Assembly (NCBI RefSeq): GCF_030028105.1
Contig: NC_092384.1
Span: 64,609,095 to 64,673,094 of the forward strand
Direction: 5' to 3'
Source of the DNA: Mobula birostris
Lineage: Eukaryota
Length of the DNA: 64,000 bases
A program made the translations under genes and the position numbers. Within the stretch, counting starts at the first letter, position 1; the number at the start of each line of letters is the position of its first letter. Positions 37,070-46,710 of this stretch are shown piece by piece. Under the pieces are notes generated by a model. The model did not search any database. It worked only from the letters and a program-made list of their open reading frames with translations, and was not told the origin of the DNA.

Positions 37070-39049
37070 AACTGAAGGAAGAGTTAGTAAGAGATTTGAA
37101 AGTAGGAGGGGGAGGGGGAGATCCAAAATGATAGGAGAAGACAGGAGGGGGAGGGATGGAGCCAAGAGCTGGACAGGTGATTGGCAAAGGGGATATGAGA
37201 GGATCATGGGACAGGAGGTCCGGGGAGAAAGACAAGGTGGGGGAGGGAACCAGAGGATGGGCAAGGGGTATAGTCAGAGGGACAGAGAGAGAAAAAGGAG
37301 AGTGAGAGAAAGAATGTGTGTATAAAAATAAATAACGGATGGGGTACGAGGGGGAGGTGGGGCATTAGCGGAAGTTAGAGAAGTCGATGTTCATGCTATC
37401 AGGTTGGAGTCTACCCAGACGGAATATGAGGTGTTGTTCCTCCAAACTGAGTGTGGCTTCATCTTTACAGTAGAGGAGGCCGTGGATAGACATGTCAGAA
37501 TGGGAATGGGATATGGAATTAAAATGTGTGGCCACTGGGAGATCCTGCTTTCTCTGGTGGACAGAGCGTAGATGTTCAGCAAAGCGGTCTCCCAGTCTGC
37601 ATCGGGTCTCTCCAATATATAGAAGGCCACCTCGGGAGCACCGGACACAGTATATCACCCCAGCCGACTCACAGGTGAAGTGTTGCCTCACCTGGATGGT
37701 CTGCCTGGGGCCCTGAATGGTGGTAAGGGAGGAAGTGTAAGGGCATGTGTAGCACTTGTTCCGCTTACAAGGACAAGTGCCAGGAGGGAGATCAGTGGGG
37801 AGGGATGGGGGGGATGAATGGACAAGGAAGTCGCGTAGGGAACGATCCCTGCGGAAAGTTGGGGGGGGGAGGGAAAGATGTGCTTAGTGGTGGGATCCCG
37901 TTGGAGGTGGCGGAAGTTACGGAGAATAATATGTTGGACCCGGAGGCTGATGGGGTAGTAGGTGAAGACCAGGGGAACCCTATTCCTAGTGGGGTGGCAG
38001 GAGGATGGAGTGAGAGCAGATGTGCGTGAAATGGGGGAGATGCGTTTGAGAGCAGAGTTGATAGTGGAGGAAGGGAAGCCCCTTTCTTTAAAAAAGGAGG
38101 ACATTTCTCTCGTCCTGGAATGGAAAGCCTCATCCTGAGAGCAGATGCGGCGGAGACGGAGGAATTGAGAGAAGGGGATGGCATTTTTGCAAGAGACAGG
38201 GTGAGAAGAGGAATAGTCCAGATAGCTGTGAGAATCAGTAGGCTTATAGTAGACATCAGTGGATAAGCTGTCTCCAGAGACAGAGACAGAAAGATCTGGA
38301 AAGGGGAGGGAGGTGTCGGAAATGGACCAGGTAAATTTGAGGGCAGGGTGAAAGTTGGAGGCAAAGTTAATAAAGTCAACGAGCTCAGCATGCGTGCAGG
38401 AAGCAGCGCCAATGCAGTCGTCGATGTAGCGAAGGAAAAGTGGGGGACAGATACCAGAATAGCTATGGAACATAGATTGTTCCACAAAGCCAACAAAAAG
38501 GCAGGCATAGCTAGGACTCATGCGGGTGCCCATAGCTACACCTTTAGTTTGGAGTAAGTGGGAGGAACCAAAGGAGAAATTATTAAGAGTAAGGACTAAT
38601 TCCACTAGACGGAGCAGAGTGGTGGTAGAGGGGAACTGATTAGGTCTGGAATCCAAAAAGAAGTGGAGAGCTTTGAGACCTTCCTGATGGGGGATGGAAG
38701 TATATAGTGACTGGACATCCATGGTGAAAATAAAGCGGTGGGGGCCAGGGAACTTAAAATCATCGAAAAGTTTAAGAGCGTGAGAAGTGTCACGAGCATA
38801 GGTAGGAAGGGATTGAACAAGGGGGGATTTCTCCCTCTGTCCCTCTGACTATACCCCTTGCCCATCCTCTGGTTTTCCCCCCACCTTGTCTTTCTCCCCG
38901 GACCTCCTGTCCCATGATCCTCTCATATCCCCTTTGCCAATCACCGTCCAGCTCTTGGTTCCATCCCTCCCCCTCCTGTCTTCTCCTATCATTTTTGATC
39001 TCCCCTCCCCCTCCCACTTTCAAATCTCTTACTAACTTTTCCTTCAGTT

Positions 39050-39085
39050 AGTCCTGACGAAGGGTCTCAGCCTGAAACGTCAATT
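39050..39085 (+). ncRNA. Second hammerhead motif copy in the inverted Penelope repeat
   Basis: AGTC CTGACGA AGGGTCTCAGCCT GAAAC GTC AATT: catalytic core intact, stem I partly mismatched. Confidence 0.7.
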
Positions 39086-40254
39086 GTACCTCTTCCTAAA
39101 GATGCTGCCTGGCCTGCTGCGTTCACCAACAACTTTGATGTGTGTAACCAGAAAAGGCATCTTTTATTCCCACTCTTTGCCTCCCGCCAATCAGCCACTG
39201 CTTTATCCATGCTAGAATCTTTCCTGTAATACCCTGGATCATAGCTTGTTAACCAGCCTCATTTGTGGCACCTTGTCAAAGCTTTTCTGAAAGTCCAAGT
39301 AAAAAACATTAACTGATTCTCCTTTGTCTGTCCTGCTTGTTATTTCTTCAAAGAATTCCAACACATTTGTCAGACAAGATTTTCCTTTGAGGAAACCATA
39401 CTGATATGACCTATTTTATCATGTGCCTCCAACTACTCTGAGACCTCATCCTCACTAATCGATTCCAACATCTTCCCAACCACTGAGGTCAGACTAACTG
39501 GCCTATAGTTTCCTTTATTTTGCCTTTCTCCCTTCTTGAAGAGTGAAGTGACATTTGCAATATTCCAGTCCGGAACCATTCCAGAATCCAGTGATTTTTG
39601 AAAGATCATTACTAATGCCTCCACAATCTCTTCAGCCACCTCTTTCAGAACCCTGGGATGTATACCATCTGGTCCAGGGAACCTATCTACCTTCAGACTT
39701 CTCAGTTTCCCAAGAACCAAATAATGAGAACATAAGATGAAGAATACTTGAAAGTGAATCCATTGGTTATGGGAACATTTCAATGATGGATCAATTAATG
39801 GATCACATGTAAACTCTCTGCATTCCTGACACATCTAGTTGTGAATACTGTTGGGGAATTAAGTAGCCCGCAGAAGGAAAAAGCTTCAAGAACATCTTCT
39901 CCAATGGTGTGACACAGCATGATTGCTAACGGCTTATGTGTTTGCTGTGTTTAGCTAGAAGTGTTGAGAGGACCTCAACTTTCTCCTGTCAAGAAGGGAT
40001 ACTGACCCCCTACCCTTGACATTCAATGGCTTCACCATTGCAGGGCTCCTCACTGTAAATGTCCTAGGATCAGTATTTACACAAAACTCACCTGGCCAAC
40101 CACGTTAATACTGTGACTATTAACGAAGGTAAGAAAGTGGGTAAAAGCTACACCTGTGGCGAGCAACTTAGTTCCAGATATTCCATGCTTTCCCTACCTG
40201 CCTGGATTAAAATAGCTCAACAACATTCAAGAAGCCCATCATCACCAGAACAAA

Positions 40255-40545
40255 CTGGTTTATTTATTTATTAAGATATAGCACGGAGTATACTCTTCTG
40301 GCCCTTCGACCTGCGCCACTCAGGAATCCCTCTACTTAACCCTAGCCTAATTATGGATCAACTTACAATGACCAATAAACCTACCAACTGGTACGTCTTT
40401 GGACTCGGGGAGGAAACAGAGCACCCGAGGAAACCTACATGGTCACAGGGAGAACATACAAACTCCTTACAGACACCAGCGAGAAACAAACTCGGGTCAC
40501 TGGTAGTATAAAGCACAGTGCTAACTATTAGGTTATTGTGCCACC
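40255..40545 (-). mobile_element. V-SINE (HE1-like); other copies about 1085-1450, 14830-15010, 41370-41490, 61110-61200
   Basis: Conserved V-domain gtctttggac..ggaggaaac.gagcacccg.ggaaacc..ggtcacagggagaac.tacaaactcc. Confidence 0.7.
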
Positions 40546-42068
40546 CTAATTGGTACCTCATTCACCACCCTAAACACTTACTCCCTTCTTCACCTGCACC
40601 TAGTGACAGTAGTATACACCATCCAGAATCTACATTGCAGTTACTTACCAAGGCTAATCCAAAAGCATTTCCTAGTCCTACAGCCTTTAGCACCAGAGGT
40701 CATACACTCAAGTACAAGGAAACATGATCAGCTGTATATTTCCCTCCAAGCTGCACAATATTCTTTTTCATAAAGTATTTGACCAATCCCTCATTATCAC
40801 TGGATCTGAATTCTGGATCTCACTATCCAAAAAGCTTTATGTGGTGTGCTTCACCAGGCATACTATAATGGTTCAATATGCCAGACCACCAACCAGCTTA
40901 CCAAGAGCAATTAGGGGTGGTGAAGTAAACACTAGTTACCCAGATCCTATCCAATGAATAAGTTAAAGCATTTATCTGTGCTTTTCCTTCAAGTATATGG
41001 TGAATCTAGTCCTACAATAATATTATAGAAGGAAATGGTACTCTGATAAATTTAAGATATTCAATTGTTGATGAGTCAATTCAGAATATGACATTTTCCA
41101 ACCACTTTAGCAGTCCTTTTCATCCATCTTACACACAAAATTAGTAAAGTTAAGTATACTTAATATATTATTAATTATACTTAGTAAAGTATTAACTTAA
41201 GTATTTATTCTATTCTTGTGAGGATAGAGGAAAGCAATTTGCATATTGCTAGGTGTCAGGAGAGCTGTCCCCTTTTCCCTATTCCTTCTCATTTCTTTGG
41301 AACCTAGAGCCTAGTTTCTAAAAAAAATGGATATTAAATTCCCACTTCCCCACTCTTTTTGACTTTTTTTTGCCATTGACCTACAGGTAACTTACAGCAG
41401 CCATTTAACCTACCAACTCATCTATCAGATGTGGGAGTGAACCAGAGCACTTGGGAAATGCATGAATTCCCCACAGATGGTATCCAGGATAGAATTTTGG
41501 TCACACAAAATCTGAGGGTCTGTGTAATCTACAGAGTAACTGAGATCTGGATTTTCACTTTCTCATCAGTGCCATTAAACCCACAACACCTGTTATGTAA
41601 TTTTATCACAAACAGGAGAAAATCTGCAGATGCTGGAAATACAAGCAACACACACAATATGCATGAGGAACTCAGCAGGCCAGGCAGCATCTATGGAAAA
41701 AAGTACAGTCAGCATTTCGGGCTGCGGCCCTTTAGCAGTTTTAAAAACGATGTGTGGGAAGGCCCATAAAATTAAGTCGTCCATTCATATTGGATCCTCA
41801 GATTTCCATTCCTATTTATTAGTGGGTCCAAATTGCATCCCTAATATCATATTGGCCCATGACAATAACCCATAAACAAGCAATCTTATTGGCCGGTTTA
41901 ATGATCAAGCAATAAATACTTAATTTTTTTGCATTTACAGTATATGTAAAAGTAACTTTGGATGCAGGTTATCTAAACAAAGACGTATTCTATTCGCACA
42001 AAATGCTGGAGGAACTCAGCAGTACCCCAAGATCTCGGCCCAAAACATCAACTGCACTTTTTTTATAG

Positions 42069-43402
42069 CAGACATCCCACCCTGCAAAAACTCATTTCAG
42101 GGAGGTAGCATCCCTGCCCCCCGCAACCCCATATTCCACCCCACCATCGACCTCCAAGGGTGTATGTGATACTTTGTTCAGTGATTTTGTCTAATCTGTA
42201 AAACAAGTTGGGTATATGCAGAAAATGTCACATTAAAATATGTACTTATATTATATTATCATGTTTATTCTATTACAACTTTAAGCAAGTCTACAGGGAG
42301 TTTGGTCTCATCACATAGGACATCAATAGCATAGCTCCTTAGCAGCCAGCCAGCTAGTTTAAATAACATTAGCTATGCTAATGAATGACTGACACCTGTT
42401 AAACTCACCTCAACATGTCTTTTACATTTTAACCCACCATGGGCAAAAGAAAATTCACTGTTGCAAACAGTACAGTGAGCAACACTGTCATTATTTTTGA
42501 GGTCGACTGTAAAGCCCGCCCACAGAGAAAACTGATAGGTCTACTTAGCAGGAGTCCCCAACCTTTTTTGCACTGCGGACTGGTTTAATATTGACAATAT
42601 TCTTGTGGACCAGCTGACCCGGTGGGGGTAGGGGTGTTAATCATGACCGGAATATAGGTGATAGGTCAACTATAAGTCACTTTTAAGTGGCTAATACACT
42701 CAATTTTGTTTCTAAAAGGTTTTATCTAACAAATTTAATATTAAACATACAGCGCATATTTTCCTCGTATGAACATATAAAATCATTGCAACATACCAAT
42801 ATCGCTGAATCAGTGGGAGCCCTGGGCTTGTTTTCCTACAACAAGACGGTGCCATCGAGTGGTGATGAGAGACAGCGACACTCGAAGGGGGTTCCTTATG
42901 TCAAGTCTATTCCGCGATTTAGTTTTCGTTGCATTCATTGCAGAAAATCCTGCTTCGCAGAGATATGTTAGAAATGGAAGCAACATTTTCAGTGCTTTCG
43001 TAGCTATCTCAGGATACTTAACCTTGATTTTGATTCAGAATGCCAGCAGAGATGTTATGTCAAACATACTTTTCAGCCCGCCGTCATTTGCAAGCTCGAG
43101 GAGTTGATCTTCTTCCTGTGCGTGCGTAATGACCTCGCGTGCGTTCAACAGTGCGTGACAGGGAATGAGAAAAGGTGCAGCTGAGTCATATCGTTTCATA
43201 TCGCCAAATCATATTGTTTCCTTGCAGCCCAGTGGTTGGAGACCACTCTTAGCACGAAGAGAGACCAATCAGGACGCTCGCTCTCCCTCTCCCTCTCAAA
43301 AAAAATTGATTTCCGGGATATTGTATATAATTTCCGGGCGTCAGGGAGCCACTATCAATATGCGGGAGACTCCCGGAACTTCCGGGAGAGGTGGGATGTC
43401 TG
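42069..43402. mobile_element. Non-autonomous DNA transposon (hAT-like) inserted in a Penelope-tail mini-element
   Basis: Exact 13-bp TIRs CAGACATCCCACC / GGTGGGATGTCTG; apparent 6-bp TSD ttatag/ctatag. Confidence 0.75.
42549..43247 (-). mobile_element. Second copy of the Charlie/Buster derivative, opposite orientation, lacking the nested MITE
   Basis: Reverse-complement similarity to 34161-35430, including the transposase C-terminal remnant. Confidence 0.88.
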
Positions 43403-43670
43403 CTATAGATGCTGCCTGGCTTGCCTCCAGCATTTTGTGTGTGCTGCTAGGATTTCCAGCATCTGCAGATTCTCTTTCGTTTATATATTGCCTGTTTTCC
43501 AGAACTTTATTTGTTATTTAAAAATTTTCTTAGTTAATTGATTAATTAACTTATGCATTGTAATGTTATGTTGAATTAGGCTTTTTATTTCTATTATTGA
43601 CTTTTAATATAGTTCTTTATTTGAAGCCCGTCTGTATAGATTATTCCTTCAAATAGCGACCTTACTCTTT

Positions 43671-43872
43671 ATTGGCCAATGAGCACAGGCTCTAGTACTC
43701 TATTGGGCCTTGAAAATTAGATATTTCCATATGATTGGTCGCGGGAAATACACGTCGATTTAAGGCTTCCGTATTATTGGTCTGCACAGGCACGTTTCAA
43801 TTCTTTATTGGTCCATACGATTTTGTGCAGTCTAGTGATTGGTGGATTAATGTAAATACTTGCAATTATTGG
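43671..43872 (+). promoter_or_regulatory. EMC8: EMC8 promoter: seven co-oriented ATTGG (inverted CCAAT, NF-Y) boxes plus E2F-like GCGGGAAA
   Basis: ATTGG at 43671, 43702, 43734, 43776, 43807, 43838 and 43868; GCGGGAAA at 43741; followed directly by the CpG-rich 5' UTR. Confidence 0.8.
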
Positions 43873-44127
43873 TGTAACCTGATCCCGCAGCCGTTCAGTT
43901 ATTTGCGACGCCTGTTTTGCGACTGTCGGTGCCGGTAGCTGTGTGAAGTAGGCCATTGAAATTGTCTTTTGCCGGGGTTGATTTTTCCTTCGCTTGGACG
44001 GCGTAGCGGTGTGCGGCCAGCATGTGAGGCCTGGCGAAGGGACAGGAACGGTTGTACCTCAGTCGGGTGATATGAGCGAAGACTGAGCGGCGGCGACGGA
44101 CGTTGAGAGAAGGGCAGCCCGGGCACT

Positions 44128-44331
44128 ATGACAGTCTTCAGGCTGACGACGCAGGCCTACTGCAAGATGTTACTGCACGCCGCCAAGTACCCGCACTGTG
44201 CCGTTAATGGCATCTTGGTGGCCGAGAGGCATAAGAGAAAAGAGGGCCAGCCCGTGCTCTTCGTGGACTGTGTTCCCTTCTTCCACGGCACCCTAGCACT
44301 CGCACCTATGCTGGAGGTGGCTCTCACTCTG
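44128..44331 (+). CDS. EMC8: ER membrane protein complex subunit 8 (COX4 neighbor), exon 1
   Basis: [57 protein letters not shown]|gtaagc; 204 nt, phase 0. Confidence 0.96.
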
Positions 44332-45274
44332 GTAAGCGGAAGGGTTAAAAACCTTTGGAGCAACTAACGTGTGACAGCTTCAGCGAATCATCGAATGATT
44401 TCATCATAAGTGTGGTATATAGTGTGTCGGTGGAAATGGAGTGAAGAACTAGTCATATGATGTCATTTAGATGTAGAAAGTACGAAGTTTGGCAACTTTT
44501 AAAGTGATTTTTTTTTAGCCTTAATTATTGCCGACTCTTATAAAAGAACTTTGGCTTTAACGAAAGAGCCAGCAGTGCTTCCTCTGTGGATAAGCGTAAC
44601 AACAATCTTCTATTTATTTATGCTCCGGTACAGAGTCCGGGAAACTTGTCCATTGAAAATGCATTATTTTTCCCTTATGTTAACATGAATGTTACTCATG
44701 ATCAACCTAAGTTTTGATTTTTTTTTTGATAATCAATTGCCCAGCTCTTGTCTTGCATTGGGTCTCTTCTTCCTGTCTATTCCATGCTGTACAGCTTGTT
44801 GCTGGATACTCAGTAAGCATCCCTTAATCATAGTTCCACTTTTTCTGGCTCAGAAACTTCATTCACTCTATTCTTATTCATTTATAATGGCATATCATTG
44901 CTCATTTTTGTAAGGAAAACATCACACTCAAAATATGTGACCTTGCAGGGGCAAGGTAATACAATTCTTCAGCTTCGCATGATCTCTGACATATTTCAGT
45001 CCTGACTCTAGACTTGTGTATCCCTCTCCACTAATTTACTGATTGACCCTGATCTTGGTATTTTGCTCTATTCATGGAGATCTTCTGCTTAATACTTTTT
45101 TAAATGCAAAATTCCAGAATCTGCCTCATTTTAGGAAGGACTGGAAGCTTTTGAGAGGGTGCAGAGGAGATTTACTAGGATACTGCATGGATTAGTGAGT
45201 ATATCTTACAAGGACATGATGAGCAAGCCTGGCCTTTTCTGTTTGGAGCGATGGAAGATGAGATTTGACCTGAT

Positions 45275-46710
45275 AGGATCAGTTTTAATATCACTGGCGT
45301 ATGTCGGAAATTTGTTAACCTCGTGACAACAGTACAATGCAGTACATGATAGAGGGAAACAAAGTGAATTACAGTAAATGTTTTTTAAATAGATTAAAGA
45401 TAGTGCAAAATGGAACTAGTAGAAGTGATGTAGTGTTCAGAGGTTCAGTGTTCATTTAGGAATTGGATGACAGAGAGGAAGAAAGTGTTCCTGAATCACT
45501 GAGTGCGTGCCTTCAGGCTTCTGTACCTCCTTCCTAACCGTAACAATGAGAAGAGGGCATGTCCTGCATGATGGGAGTCCTTAATGATGGACGCCGCCTT
45601 TCTGAGCCACTCAGAAAGTAGCCCTTCCTCCCCATACCAGACAGTGATGCAGCCTGTCAGAATGCTGTCCGTGGTACATCTGTGAAGTATTCAAGTGTCT
45701 TGGGTGACAAACCAAATCACCTCAAACTCCTAATGAAATATAGCGGCTGTCTTGCCTTCTTTATAGCTACATCAATATGTTGAGACCAGGTCAGGTCGTC
45801 AAAGATCTTGACACCTAGGAACTTGAAACTGCTCACTCTCTCCACTTCTGATCCCTCTATGAAGATTGGTTGGTGTTCACTTTTCATCCCCTTACTGGAG
45901 TCCACAATTAGCTCTTTAGTCTTACTGACATTAAGTGCAAGGTTGTTGCTGGGACACCACTCAACTAGCTGGTATATCTCGCTCTTGTATGTCCTCTTGT
46001 TTCCATTTGAGATTCCGACAATGATTGTATCATCAGCAAACTTAAAGATGGCGTTTGAGCTATGCACAGCCACACAGTCATGGGTACAGAGAGAGTCGAG
46101 CAATGGGCAAAGCACACATCCCTGAGGTGTGCCAGTTGTTGATCGTCAGCAAAGAGGAGTTATTAATACCAATCTGCACAGATTGTGATTTTCTGGTTAG
46201 GAAGTTGAGGATCCAGTTGCAGAGGGAGGTACAGAGACCCAGGTCCATAGCATATCGATCTGGACTGTGGGAAAGATGGTGTTATAGTCAATGAACATCA
46301 TTGACTGTAATGGCTAGCACAAGAGGGCACAGTTTTAAGGTGCTTGGAAGTAGCTACAGAGGCTGAAGGGCCTGTATTGTACATTTTATCACCATAGGTG
46401 TGAGTACTACTGGACAATAGTCATTAAAGCAGCTCTCGCTACTTTTCTTGGGCACTGGTATAATTGTTGCCCTTTTGAATCGGGTGGCAACTTCCAACCA
46501 TAGCAAAGATGTGTTGAAAATGTCATTGAACACACCCACCGGTTGGTACGAGTTTTCAGAGCCTTGCAAGGTACTCTATCAGGGCCTGCTGCCTTTCAAG
46601 GGTTCACCCTCCTGAAAAACTGCCTGATATTGGCCTCCGAGACAGAGATCACAGGGTTGCCAGGTGCAGCAGGGATCTTCACTGCTGTAGTTAGATTCTC
46701 CCTATCAAAG
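45275..46710 (-). mobile_element. Rex1-type LINE fragment in EMC8 intron 1, embedded in CR1 remnants
   Basis: ORFs 45717-46115 (KFADDT..FKFLGV) and 46354-46569 ([16 protein letters not shown]). Confidence 0.85.

Larger units (their letters stand above)
36936..39145 (-). mobile_element. Penelope-like retroelement, 5'-truncated, with an inverted partial terminal repeat at its 5' end
   Basis: RT ORF 37688-38722 (MDVQSLYTSIPH, GVAMGTRM, FLRYIDD), GIY-YIG 37365-37691 (VIYCVRC..LYIGETR.RL.DRFAEH). 38830-39145 is an inverted copy of about 36975-37290. TSD aaccagaaaa(a/g)gc. Confidence 0.94.
32973..39715 (-). mobile_element. CR1 LINE broken into three pieces by nested insertions (pieces about 32973-33910, 36834-36935, 39146-39715)
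   Basis: RT motifs continue across the breaks: GNYRPVSLTSVVGK (39433-39834), GVPQESVLG (about 36880), FAD..KI (about 33880) and HLEYC (33356-33664). Confidence 0.88.

Noticed and set aside
44332-44367. Extension of the 79-aa EMC8 ORF ([11 protein letters not shown])
   Set aside because: Read-through into intron 1 past the GTAAGC donor.
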